A stretch of DNA of 64,000 bases from Candidatus Nomurabacteria bacterium (GTDB lineage Bacteria > Patescibacteriota > Minisyncoccia > Phycocordibacterales > UBA9973). How positions within the stretch are numbered: the first letter of the stretch is position 1; the number at the start of each line of letters is the position of its first letter. Positions 30,144 through 39,710 of this stretch are shown piece by piece. The stretch spans positions 25,174-89,173 of the forward strand of contig CALRAL010000003.1 of NCBI GenBank assembly GCA_943350875.1. The letters are read 5' to 3'. The notes beneath the pieces are model-generated. The model did no database searches, was not told the origin of the DNA, and worked only from the letters and a program-made list of their open reading frames with translations. A program made the position numbers and the translations under genes.

Positions 30144-33100
30144 ATGGCAATTACCAACATTGGAACAAATACATTATCTTCAAACCTAAAAACAATCTTA
30201 CCTGAGTGCGACAAGATTGATGCTTTAGTTGGCTATTTTTATTTTTCAGGGTTTAAAGATTTACACAATGAACTAAAAGATAAACAAATCCGTATTCTTG
30301 TGGGAATGGATATTGATAAAAAAATTATTGAAAAAGTATCAACGTTAAAAGAATTAAATTTAGACTCTTATTCTATAGATACTCACATAACTTCCCGATC
30401 AAGTGTTACTGAAGATTATATTGATAATTTCTCTCAAATTTTTAATGATAATGATTATTTCGATAACGAAGAATCACAAAATGCATTTGAAATATTTTTG
30501 AATAAAATAAAAGACGGTAGTTTGCAAATTAAGAAAACAGCTAAGGCTAACCACTCTAAATTTTATATACTACATAATAAAAATGGAGGCGGAATAGTAA
30601 TTGAGGGCTCAAGCAATTTAACGTTATCCGGATTGCGAGGACAAGCGGAACATAATAGAATCTTGACTGAAAAACATTATTACGATGATGATGTAAATAG
30701 ATTTGAAGAATGCTGGAACGATCAAGAGAATATAATTTTAACTAATATTGAATCAGCGGATAATTTTATAAAAGAAGTAAAAAGTAAAATTTGGTTATAT
30801 GCATTACCTGACCCACTGTTAATGTATTATAGAGTTTTAAATGAATATTTCTCAATTACTGAAATTGAGAATATGAAGACTCCTAAAAACATAACTGCTG
30901 GTAAGTTCTCTGATTTAAAATATCAAAAAGATGCGATTAATTTAGGTATTGATAGAATAAACAAATTTGGTGGTGTAATTATTGCAGATGTTGTTGGACT
31001 TGGAAAAAGTATTATTGCTTCAGCAATTGCACATAATTTGGGATTAAAAACTGTGATAATTGCTCCACCTCATCTTGAAGATCAATGGAATGACTATCGT
31101 TCTGATTTTAATTTTAACGGATTTGTTTACAGCACAGGTAAAATTGAAGAAGCCCTTGAAAGACATCAAAATGACGAAAAACTCCTCATTGTTTTAGATG
31201 AAGCACATAAACATAGAAATGAGGATACAGATAATTATAAACTTCTTCATAAACTTTGTGCCGGTCATCCTGTTATGGCTCTTTCTGCCACACCATTTAA
31301 CAATGATCCTAAAGATATTTATGCTTTGATAAAATTATTTAGTACACCCGGACAATCTACCATAAGGACAGTAGAAAATTTAAGCATGGCTTTCCATACT
31401 CTTTTTAAGAGATATAAAAAAGTTAGAAAAGATTTAAGAAAAACTAATGCAAAGGAAGAAAAGAAAGATGAAGTAAATAAAGAATCACATGAAATAGCAA
31501 AATATCTTAGAATAATGATCGAACCACTCATTATTCGTCGTTCCCGTAGAGATTTAGAAGAAATAGAAGATTATAAAAATGACCTAAAAAATCAAGGGGT
31601 TGCTTTTGCGAAAGTGAAAGAACCGGAATTGCTAGAATATCCACTTAACGGAATGTCAGACCTTTACATTAGAACACTTGAAAAAATATCACCGAATGAT
31701 AAAAGTGTAAGTTTTCGTGGTGTTCGATACAAGATATTAAGTTATTTAAAAGAGGGTTCAAATTTTGCTGAAAAATTAGTAGAAGATATTGATGATGATA
31801 GTATTTCTGCAGAAGAAAAAGTACAGCAAATTAAACAAGCTCAAGTAAACATAGCAAAATTTATGAGACGTTTGCTTGTGCGTAGATTTGAGAGTTCTGT
31901 TGGTGCTTTCAACATATCTCTTGAAAATATGATAACTTCTTCTGAAAAAATTCTTGAATGGTATAAAAATAGGCAAGAAATTCCAATATATAAGAAGGGT
32001 GAACTACCAACCGCAGAATATCTAAACGATTTAGATGAGGAAGAATTGGAGGGGGTTTTATCTAATTTGGACGCTAAAGGATTAATTCGTGTTCCCACTT
32101 CTGAATTACAATCTTCTTTTGAAAAACACTTAAATGAAGATATCGCATTATTAAAAAAAATAAAATCAGAATGGTTAGAAAATAATGAAGATCCTAAATT
32201 TGATTTCCTTAAAGAAAAAATTGCGAATTCTATATCAAGTGATTCTAATAGGAAAATTATAATTTTTACTGAATTTTCTGATACTGCAAATTATTTATTT
32301 AAAAAATTTAATGAGGATAATTTTAAGCGTATTTTCAAATATAGCTCAGAGGATTCTAACGATACTAATAAAAAGATTATTCGTTCAAATTTTGATGCTG
32401 GATTAGAAAAATTACAACAGGCTAACGATTTTGATGTAATTATCGCCACAGATGCAATTTCTGAAGGTTTTAATTTACATAGAGCAGGAAGTGTTATAAA
32501 TTACGATATTCCTTATAATCCAACAAAGGTTATACAGCGAGTTGGTCGTATTAATCGCATTAATAAAAAAGTTTTTGAAGAATTATATATTTTTAACTTT
32601 TTTCCTACATTTATTGGTGAAGAAGAAACCGGTATGCGTTCTATATCCACACTAAAAATGGATTTTATTCATGATCTTTTGGGTGAAGATACAAAAATCT
32701 TAACAAAAGAGGAAGACCTGAAAAATTATTTTGCTAAACAATATCAAGAAGAAAATACTAAAAATGATAGTTTGTCTTGGGATGCAAGATATAGAAATGA
32801 TTGGCTTAAAATAAAAGATGATCAAGATATAATTGCAAAAATTTCAAAGATTCCTCATAGATCAAGAATTGCTAGAAAATCTAAAGATATTTCTGGTGTT
32901 GTAGCATTTGCAAAAAAGGGTTCAAATTACATTTTTGCATTTGGTGAGAACCCTGAAAATGTTCGGATTGTTTCGCCTGAAGAAGCATTACCACTTTTCA
33001 ATGAAGTTGCTGATATGGAAAAATCTCTTGAGACAAGTATTAAATTTGAGCCCATCTATAAAATAGCAAAAGAACATATATTTAAGGACAATACCCACGC

Positions 33101-33404
33101 ACCGATAGACACCGGCAGAAGACAAGACGCTTTGTTGAAATTAACCCTTATCAAAGAAAACTACACACAAGCAGTTGAGTTGTGTAAAGATTTAGAGACT
33201 TTAATAAAAGATTTTGATGCGCTACCAAATGGGTTACTAAAAGATATTATTGACTTATCTATTGATAGAAATGATTATAGTAAGATTTTTAAAGAATTAA
33301 AAAATATGTTTCCTAATAATTATATTAAAAAGTTATTCCTAACAGCTGATAAAGCCAAAGATAATGGAAAACTTATTGTATTATCCGAAGAACTAATTGC
33401 ATGA
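30144..33404 (+). CDS. PLD-nuclease + SNF2-like helicase fusion (restriction/defence associated)
   Basis: HSKFY...GSSNLT PLD motif; IADVVGLGKS, LDEAH, SATP, SEGFNL, QRVGRINR. Confidence 0.88.
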   Translation: MAITNIGTNTLSSNLKTILPECDKIDALVGYFYFSGFKDLHNELKDKQIRILVGMDIDKKIIEKVSTLKELNLDSYSIDTHITSRSSVTEDYIDNFSQIFNDNDYFDNEESQNAFEIFLNKIKDGSLQIKKTAKANHSKFYILHNKNGGGIVIEGSSNLTLSGLRGQAEHNRILTEKHYYDDDVNRFEECWNDQENIILTNIESADNFIKEVKSKIWLYALPDPLLMYYRVLNEYFSITEIENMKTPKNITAGKFSDLKYQKDAINLGIDRINKFGGVIIADVVGLGKSIIASAIAHNLGLKTVIIAPPHLEDQWNDYRSDFNFNGFVYSTGKIEEALERHQNDEKLLIVLDEAHKHRNEDTDNYKLLHKLCAGHPVMALSATPFNNDPKDIYALIKLFSTPGQSTIRTVENLSMAFHTLFKRYKKVRKDLRKTNAKEEKKDEVNKESHEIAKYLRIMIEPLIIRRSRRDLEEIEDYKNDLKNQGVAFAKVKEPELLEYPLNGMSDLYIRTLEKISPNDKSVSFRGVRYKILSYLKEGSNFAEKLVEDIDDDSISAEEKVQQIKQAQVNIAKFMRRLLVRRFESSVGAFNISLENMITSSEKILEWYKNRQEIPIYKKGELPTAEYLNDLDEEELEGVLSNLDAKGLIRVPTSELQSSFEKHLNEDIALLKKIKSEWLENNEDPKFDFLKEKIANSISSDSNRKIIIFTEFSDTANYLFKKFNEDNFKRIFKYSSEDSNDTNKKIIRSNFDAGLEKLQQANDFDVIIATDAISEGFNLHRAGSVINYDIPYNPTKVIQRVGRINRINKKVFEELYIFNFFPTFIGEEETGMRSISTLKMDFIHDLLGEDTKILTKEEDLKNYFAKQYQEENTKNDSLSWDARYRNDWLKIKDDQDIIAKISKIPHRSRIARKSKDISGVVAFAKKGSNYIFAFGENPENVRIVSPEEALPLFNEVADMEKSLETSIKFEPIYKIAKEHIFKDNTHAPIDTGRRQDALLKLTLIKENYTQAVELCKDLETLIKDFDALPNGLLKDIIDLSIDRNDYSKIFKELKNMFPNNYIKKLFLTADKAKDNGKLIVLSEELIA

Positions 33405-36400
33405 TAAATTTTAATGATAAATATAATTATAATGAGTTTATAGATTTCTTATGTAACTTTCTACCGAATGACTTCAAGGAAATAGAAAAAGATATTGTTA
33501 TAAAAAAAGAAAGATATAAAGAAATTTCTAAAGCAAAAATACTTGGCTATTCAAGCTCTTTAGATTTGCATGTATTAGAAATGGATCATGCTCGTGAAAA
33601 TGACCCGAGAATTACGATTGCGACAGATGCTTTCAAAATACTTGCTGATAATTGGGTACATAAAGCTTTAGTAATCTTCAAGAACAGCACTTCAGATAAT
33701 TATCGATTTTCTTACTTAACAATATCTATAGATTTAAATGATAAAAATAAACCAATTAAAACATATTCAAACGCCCGCCGGTATTCTTTTTATCTTGGTT
33801 CCGGCGCAAAAATTAACACCCCAAAACAACAACTTGTTAGTAAGGGTCGAATAAAAGATTTAAATGATTTAGTAAGTAGATTTTCTGTTGAAGTTGTGAA
33901 TAAGCAATTTTACTTTGAGATTGCAAAATTCTTTGATGAACTTGTTTCGAGTGAGGATAAAAATCTAGCACTTCCGGGTATATCAGAAGAAGACACGAAT
34001 ATCAGAAAGAGTTTTGCTGTTCGGCTTATTGGTCGTATAATGTTTTGTTGGTTTTTGAAACAGAAAAAATCTGACAATGGTCAACTTATTCCTGATGAAC
34101 TACTTTCCTCAAAAACAGTATCGGATAGTTATTATCACAGTACTCTTGAACCATTATTTTTCGGCGTATTAAATACCAGCATTGAATCTCGAGATATTCG
34201 TAGTGATTTGTTTGATAAAGTGCCGTATCTCAATGGAGGACTGTTTAATCCTCAATCAGACGACTATTATGACCTAGATAGAGAAACTTTTACCTCGAGA
34301 CATATTAACACTCTTAAAATCAGTGATGACTGGTTCAAGAACTTCTTTGAGCTTCTCGAGACTTATAATTTTACAATTGATGAGAATACTGTTTTTGATC
34401 AAGAGCTTTCTGTTGATCCAGAAATGCTTGGAAGGATTTTTGAGAATTTGCTTGCAGAAATAAACCCAGAAACTGGAAGCAGTGAGCGTAAGCGTACGGG
34501 AAGTTTTTATACGCCACGTCAGATTGTTGAATATATGGTAGACCAGTCTTTGATTGAATATTTAAAAACAAAAACAGGGATTCAAGATAAAAAATTATCT
34601 GCTCTTGTTAGCTACGATTTAGCAGACGATACAGAGCACCCACTAGACGATAAGGATAAACAAGAAATAATAAACGCAATAGAATCTCTTAAAATTCTTG
34701 ATCCAGCTTGTGGTTCGGGGGCATACTCAATCGGTGCGCTTCAAAAAATTGTTTATATTCTTCAACAAATAGATCCAGATTGTAAATTATGGCTTGAGCA
34801 AAAATTAAAAGGTGTTCCAGAGTTGTATAAGAAAAAAATAATTGATGAAGTTAAATCGAACCCTTTTGACTACACACGGAAACTAGATATTATTAAAAAT
34901 TCAATCTTTGGCGTAGATATTCAGCCAATTGCTGTAGATGTTTCCCGTTTGAGATGCTTTTTGACACTTGTCGTTGAGTCAGAAGTAAATGATACAAAAC
35001 TAAACAGAGGGATAGAACCTTTACCGAACTTGGACTTTAAATTTGTCTGTGCAAATACTTTGATTAGCTTGCCAAAATCTCAATCTAGCAATCTTTTCGA
35101 AGACCATTCCGGTATCATCGAGCTTTCAAAAATAATGTCGGAATATTTCTCTTGCAATAGCCAAAGAAAAAATGAAATTAAACTTAAATTTACAAATTTA
35201 CAAAAAGAAATACTAGAAAAGACAATATCCGCTTTCGGTAAAAATACGGGAGAGCTAACTTTAAAACTTACAACTTGGAATCCATTTAGTAATAATTCAA
35301 ATTCTTGGTTTGACCCGGAATGGATGTTTGGGTTGGAGGAAAAGTTTGATGTGGTTATCGGTAATCCGCCCTATGTTGATTCAGAGACAATGGTAAAAGA
35401 TAACCCTGATTTGAGAAATTTGTATACTTTGCTTTACAAAACAGCTATAGGTAATTGGGATTTGTTTATCATTTTTATAGAGCAGGGCATCAATTTTCTA
35501 AGCAATTATGGAAATTTGTCATTTATCGTGCCTAACAAATTGATTGCTGCGAAATATTCTGAGTCTATTAGATTACACATGCAGACTAAAAATATAAAAT
35601 ACATAAGAGATTATTCTGATGTGAGAGTATTTAAGGAAGCGAGCGTGTATCCTATTGTTTTTCAGATATCGAACTCATTGAATTCAGATTCAAGCGTTAT
35701 CTTAACAAAAATGAAAGATATCGAAGAATATGAATTAATTAACAAAATACCCCATGCACTGTTTTATGCGGATGTATTTTGGGATAGGTATTTTATAAAA
35801 CCAGAAGCACTCAAGGTAATTATTAAAATCTCACAAAATCCTAAACTTGAAAAAATTAATGATTTAGTTTTGGGTGCAGCCACTGTTAATGAAGCATATA
35901 AATTAAAAGAAATTATTACTGAGGCAGAAATTGAAAAACAAGAATATAAAAAACTAATTAATTCCGGGACAATTGATCCATATACTTCTTTATGGGGTGA
36001 CAAAAAAACTCAATATATTAAATCGTCATATAAAGTGCCTGTGGTGGAAAATGACAAGCTAAATAAATTATTACCGAGACGATTTATTCAAGCAAATAGT
36101 GAAAAGCTTATTATTGCCGGGATGTCAAAGAGATTAGAGGTTTTCTATGATTCCGGTGAATACATTGCTGGTAAATCTACCACAATCATTTTAAATAATG
36201 AGAAAATTGACTTGTTATATTTACTTGCAGTTCTTAATTCAAAATTGATTTCTTATTGGTATAAGGTATATTTTAGTTCTTTGTCACTTGCTGGAGGTTA
36301 TTTGAGAATTAGTAATAACGAAATCAAAAAGATTCCAATTGTAGTGGCTAATAAAAAGACGCAAGAAGGTATAATTAAAATTGTTAACCAAATTCACGAT

Positions 36401-36514
36401 TGTAAAAAAGGAAGTAATAAAAATACAGACGACCTAGAGTCAAAAATTGATGAATTGGTCATGGATTTATACGGACTAAATGAAGATGAAAAAGAAATTA
36501 TTAGAAATTCGTAA
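33401..36514 (+). CDS. Eco57I/TaqI-like N6-adenine DNA methyltransferase with C-terminal specificity domain
   Basis: YLNGGLF, LGRIFE, GSFYTP, LDPACGSG, GNPPY, YLLAVLNS; ATGA overlap with the helicase. Confidence 0.9.
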   Translation: MINFNDKYNYNEFIDFLCNFLPNDFKEIEKDIVIKKERYKEISKAKILGYSSSLDLHVLEMDHARENDPRITIATDAFKILADNWVHKALVIFKNSTSDNYRFSYLTISIDLNDKNKPIKTYSNARRYSFYLGSGAKINTPKQQLVSKGRIKDLNDLVSRFSVEVVNKQFYFEIAKFFDELVSSEDKNLALPGISEEDTNIRKSFAVRLIGRIMFCWFLKQKKSDNGQLIPDELLSSKTVSDSYYHSTLEPLFFGVLNTSIESRDIRSDLFDKVPYLNGGLFNPQSDDYYDLDRETFTSRHINTLKISDDWFKNFFELLETYNFTIDENTVFDQELSVDPEMLGRIFENLLAEINPETGSSERKRTGSFYTPRQIVEYMVDQSLIEYLKTKTGIQDKKLSALVSYDLADDTEHPLDDKDKQEIINAIESLKILDPACGSGAYSIGALQKIVYILQQIDPDCKLWLEQKLKGVPELYKKKIIDEVKSNPFDYTRKLDIIKNSIFGVDIQPIAVDVSRLRCFLTLVVESEVNDTKLNRGIEPLPNLDFKFVCANTLISLPKSQSSNLFEDHSGIIELSKIMSEYFSCNSQRKNEIKLKFTNLQKEILEKTISAFGKNTGELTLKLTTWNPFSNNSNSWFDPEWMFGLEEKFDVVIGNPPYVDSETMVKDNPDLRNLYTLLYKTAIGNWDLFIIFIEQGINFLSNYGNLSFIVPNKLIAAKYSESIRLHMQTKNIKYIRDYSDVRVFKEASVYPIVFQISNSLNSDSSVILTKMKDIEEYELINKIPHALFYADVFWDRYFIKPEALKVIIKISQNPKLEKINDLVLGAATVNEAYKLKEIITEAEIEKQEYKKLINSGTIDPYTSLWGDKKTQYIKSSYKVPVVENDKLNKLLPRRFIQANSEKLIIAGMSKRLEVFYDSGEYIAGKSTTIILNNEKIDLLYLLAVLNSKLISYWYKVYFSSLSLAGGYLRISNNEIKKIPIVVANKKTQEGIIKIVNQIHDCKKGSNKNTDDLESKIDELVMDLYGLNEDEKEIIRNS

Positions 36515-36521
36515 ATAACAG

Positions 36522-36555
36522 GAAAAATCACTGTAACCGGCGTAAGTGATTTTTC
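36522..36555. terminator. Probable bidirectional terminator between convergent genes
   Basis: GAAAAATCACT ... AGTGATTTTTC. Confidence 0.55.
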
Positions 36556-36577
36556 AAAACTTCAACATAAGAAGTTT

Positions 36578-36796
36578 TTAACCGCGTGGTGGAAATGGAT
36601 CGTTTCCAAAAGAGTTTCTTTCACGAATTTTGCCATCTCGTCCGTGGATGAGAAGTTCAACTTGGTATGCTATTGCAAGTGATGTACCAGAATCTATGAT
36701 TTCTGATTGTGTCTTTGCTGTAAATACCGGATATGGATTGTGTTCTTGTTTGAGTGCCCAGTTTTGTCCGTTTTTTACTACATGTAGATTACTCAT
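36578..36796 (-). CDS. DUF2188-like small protein
   Basis: HVV..W.......TQ.E.I..G...A....ELLIHGRDGKIRERNSFGNDPFPPRG. Confidence 0.85.
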   Translation of the reverse strand: MSNLHVVKNGQNWALKQEHNPYPVFTAKTQSEIIDSGTSLAIAYQVELLIHGRDGKIRERNSFGNDPFPPRG

Positions 36797-36956
36797 AATG
36801 AATTTGAATTAAAGTTTTATTATTTTAGTTCTGTAATTTTCATTTCTTCGATTTCAGTGCCGGTTTCTGGTAAGCCGAAATGTAGACCTACATTTGCATT
36901 ATAGCATATTTTTTATTGAATCCAAAATTTTGCCGACGAAGAGGGGGATTGACTTG

Positions 36957-37101
36957 AACGAAGCTCATGAACTCTGGCAAGAGCTTTAACTTTAACTTCA
37001 CCACTCAGCTAGGCCTTACCTATCAATTAACAAGGCCCAAAATCAATCTACTTTACTCAACTAAAGTGTAGAATGGTTTTTGGGGTTCTGTGAATTATCA
37101 T
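36957..37101 (+). repeat. ~145-bp direct repeat, copy 1 (3' end of a small acidic gene plus downstream DNA)
   Basis: AACGAAGCTCATGAACTCTGGCAAGAG...AACAAGGCCCA.AATCAATCTACTTTACT.AACTAAAGTGTAGAATG recurs at 37364-37512. Confidence 0.85.
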
Positions 37102-37121
37102 TACTGTGATAGACTTAGCAA

Positions 37122-37295
37122 GTGAAAGAAGAAAATAATGTTGCCTATATAGACGGAGCTAACTTGCACAATGGTGTGGAAACTTTAGATTGGGAATTTG
37201 ATTACAAACGCTTCAGAGTATGGTTAAAAGAAAAATACAGTGTTAAGCAAGCTTATTTATTTCTAGGATTAATTCCAAAATATAAAGATCTTTGA
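37122..37295 (+). pseudogene. Truncated NYN-domain gene (57 codons)
   Basis: Manual translation MKEENNVAYIDGANLHNGVETLDWEFDYKRFRVWLKEKYSVKQAYLFLG... aligns with the N-terminus of 10021-10542, then stops. Confidence 0.8.
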
Positions 37296-37363
37296 ATAGT
37301 AAGAACCGTTCTTGCTATAGGACATGACTTCAAGAACTTATCGATGAAACTGGATTAGATGTA

Positions 37364-37512
37364 AACGAAGCTCATGAACTCTGGCAAGAGTTTTAACTTT
37401 CATTCTATGAATTGCTAGGCAAGACCTAGCAATTACAATTAACAAGGCCCAGAATCAATCTACTTTACTAAACTAAAGTGTAGAATGTTTTTTTGATTCT
37501 GTAAATCGTCAT
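37364..37512 (+). repeat. ~149-bp direct repeat, copy 2, containing a perfect AGG-N5-CCT hairpin at 37410-37434
   Basis: See copy 1; AATTGCTAGG-CAAGA-CCTAGCAATT. Confidence 0.85.
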
Positions 37513-37536
37513 AGTAATTTTAATATTTCAGAGAGC

Positions 37537-37830
37537 TTATGATTTAGTCTTGAATGGTCGTTTGTTTGCTTCTTTTAGAATTCTAAGTGTTGCTTGTACT
37601 GAAAGGTTCTCGCTGGTAAGAAGCACTAATCTATCATTCAACTGATTAAGTAATGGGCTTAAAAACTCATCTGCCCATGATGGCGACAATGTCAAAACAC
37701 CAGCGAAATCTATTTCTAGTTCTTCGTCTTTAGGAAACTCACGCAAGGTCGGAGTAAATGCTTTGAAAGCCTCACTGCCCAATTCTCGTGATATTAATGT
37801 CTTTCCAAATTTTTCTAATTGTAATTTCAT
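37537..37830 (-). CDS. STAS-like (DUF4325-type) protein
   Basis: LISRELG, IDFAGVLTLSPSWADEF with a conserved phospho-acceptor-like Ser. Confidence 0.8.
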   Translation of the reverse strand: MKLQLEKFGKTLISRELGSEAFKAFTPTLREFPKDEELEIDFAGVLTLSPSWADEFLSPLLNQLNDRLVLLTSENLSVQATLRILKEANKRPFKTKS

Positions 37831-37854
37831 ATATTTTAAAAATTATTAAACTAC

Positions 37855-38574
37855 TTAAAATTCTATTTTTGCTAAACAGCCTCGTACGATACGCTGACCA
37901 CGCGTAACATGAAACACTTTGTCTGGACTACTCATACGTACTTCGGCATCACCACTTTTATAAAATAAATCTATTGGCTGATCAGTAACGACTTCTCTGA
38001 CAAGTTTCAAACCGTTCCCGCGCTTCTCCGGCGCACGCCCAGAAATGAATTCTGTAAAGGCGACTTCCACGGCAGCGACATGGCTCGGAAGCTCCGGCCG
38101 AATTTGCCGTAATGTTTCTAAAATGCCCAATCCTCTATCGGCAAGAACAATGATCCGTTTTTCCAGATCGTAGCCAAAGAATATTCCCGCGGTGTCTGGC
38201 CATTTGCCTAAGTTGTGAGCAAACGAGTTATCACCAATCTCCCCAGTAATCAAAGTGATCAAAGAATACAACTGCTCAAACCCTGGCTTTCCCAATAATG
38301 CATTTTGCATCTTAATCAGTCTGGCATTAAAAATAGAACTTGTCGGACAGTAAAACGTCCCCGGGAACTCAGTCCCATTTTCTATCCAATCGGATGCAAA
38401 CTTTATCAAATCGCTAGCAAATATTTCCAAGTCTTTTTCACGGTAATATCGATGAGTACCCCCGTCCTTTTTAATCGGTAGCAGTTTACCGCTTTCGTCC
38501 CAACGACGAAGCGTTTGCAAGGAAATCCCTAGATATTCAGCTGCCTGGCTGATTGTAAGTAATTTTTCATCCAT
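37855..38574 (-). CDS. MerR/excisionase-type HTH fused to a GHKL (histidine kinase-like ATPase) domain
   Basis: LLTISQAAEYLGISLQTLRRWD; EIGDNSFAH (N box), ADRGLGI (G1), RGNGL (G2); start moved to ATG 38574. Confidence 0.8.
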   Translation of the reverse strand: MDEKLLTISQAAEYLGISLQTLRRWDESGKLLPIKKDGGTHRYYREKDLEIFASDLIKFASDWIENGTEFPGTFYCPTSSIFNARLIKMQNALLGKPGFEQLYSLITLITGEIGDNSFAHNLGKWPDTAGIFFGYDLEKRIIVLADRGLGILETLRQIRPELPSHVAAVEVAFTEFISGRAPEKRGNGLKLVREVVTDQPIDLFYKSGDAEVRMSSPDKVFHVTRGQRIVRGCLAKIEF

Positions 38575-38599
38575 ATAATTAAGGATACCATAATATACA

Positions 38600-38650
38600 A
38601 ATCTATACAACTAGAAGATAAATCTATACAAAAATATACCAATCTATACA
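38600..38650. promoter_or_regulatory. Three AATCTATACA direct repeats upstream of the HTH-GHKL gene (putative operator)
   Basis: Copies at 38600, 38621 and 38641, spaced about two helical turns apart. Confidence 0.55.
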
Positions 38651-38692
38651 TTTCTTAGTAAAAACTACCCTTAAAATAGTTTCGTATAATCA

Positions 38693-38709
38693 GCTAGGCC
38701 TTGCCTAGC
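38693..38709. repeat. AGG-N5-CCT hairpin
   Basis: GCTAGG-CCTTG-CCTAGC. Confidence 0.7.
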
Positions 38710-38807
38710 AGTTTTGCTCGGTTTTAGGCTGATAACCGTGAAAAATGGCATTAAAAACACAGCTTTTCACGATTATGTTGACAAAAGCGTGAAAATGACT
38801 ATAATAG

Positions 38808-39710
38808 ATGTATATGGCGAAAGTCCCTGCAGTATTTAATAAAATAAATTCTCTTCGCGAGAGGTACTGGAAAGCTTTCAATAACAAAGAATCTCTAATT
38901 AAACTTGTTAGCGAGTCAGAAATTGCTGAGCAAGTGTATAACTCAAATGCTATCGAAAATAGTACTCTTACACTTGAAGAAACAGAAAAAATTTTATTAC
39001 AGATTGACCTAGATCGATATATAAGTGAGCGCGAGATTTTTGAAGCCAAAAATCTCGCGCGAGTGGTGTCATATATTGAGAAGCGAGCAAAAGAACAGGA
39101 GTTAACACTTGAAGTTGTATTATCACTTCACAAGATGCTTATTTCAAATATTCGTGATGAAATTGCAGGCAGGTTTAGAAAAGAAAAAGAATTTGTGCGA
39201 GTGGGTAGTCACATTGCTCCCGCACCGCAAGAAATACTTGAGAGGTTGGGAAATATGCTCGCAGAATATAATGCAAATAATCATGAAAATATTGTAAAAT
39301 GTATTGCACGATTGCATTTAGATTTTGAGTATATCCATCCATTTATCGATGGCAATGGTTGTATTGGTCGCGCGCTTAATAATTATCTTTTGATTCGTGA
39401 AGGATTTGTCCCCATCAATATTAAATTTATAGATCGCAAAAAATATTATGATGCATTTAAAGAATTTGATGAAAAAGGTAAAATAGAAATAATGGAAGAA
39501 ATTGTTGCCAAAGCTCTGACCAATAGTTATCACAAGCGTTTGGCATATTTAGAAGACAAGAAAATTATAACATTAGTGGAATATGCAAAATCTCAAAAAA
39601 TTTCTCATTCAAATTTGATAAATAAAGCTAAACGACAAACTATTGAAGCTTTTATGGAACGAGGGATTTGGAAAATAGGAGTTGAGTATAAGAAAAAATT
39701 ATATGAATGA
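38808..39710 (+). CDS. Fic-domain protein (class II-like) with altered catalytic motif
   Basis: SNAIEN inhibitory motif; HPFIDGNGCIGR versus canonical HPFxDGNGRxxR. Confidence 0.88.
   Translation: MYMAKVPAVFNKINSLRERYWKAFNNKESLIKLVSESEIAEQVYNSNAIENSTLTLEETEKILLQIDLDRYISEREIFEAKNLARVVSYIEKRAKEQELTLEVVLSLHKMLISNIRDEIAGRFRKEKEFVRVGSHIAPAPQEILERLGNMLAEYNANNHENIVKCIARLHLDFEYIHPFIDGNGCIGRALNNYLLIREGFVPINIKFIDRKKYYDAFKEFDEKGKIEIMEEIVAKALTNSYHKRLAYLEDKKIITLVEYAKSQKISHSNLINKAKRQTIEAFMERGIWKIGVEYKKKLYE

Noticed and set aside
36957-37512. Diversity-generating retroelement TR/VR pair
   Set aside because: Differences are not adenine-specific and no reverse transcriptase is present.
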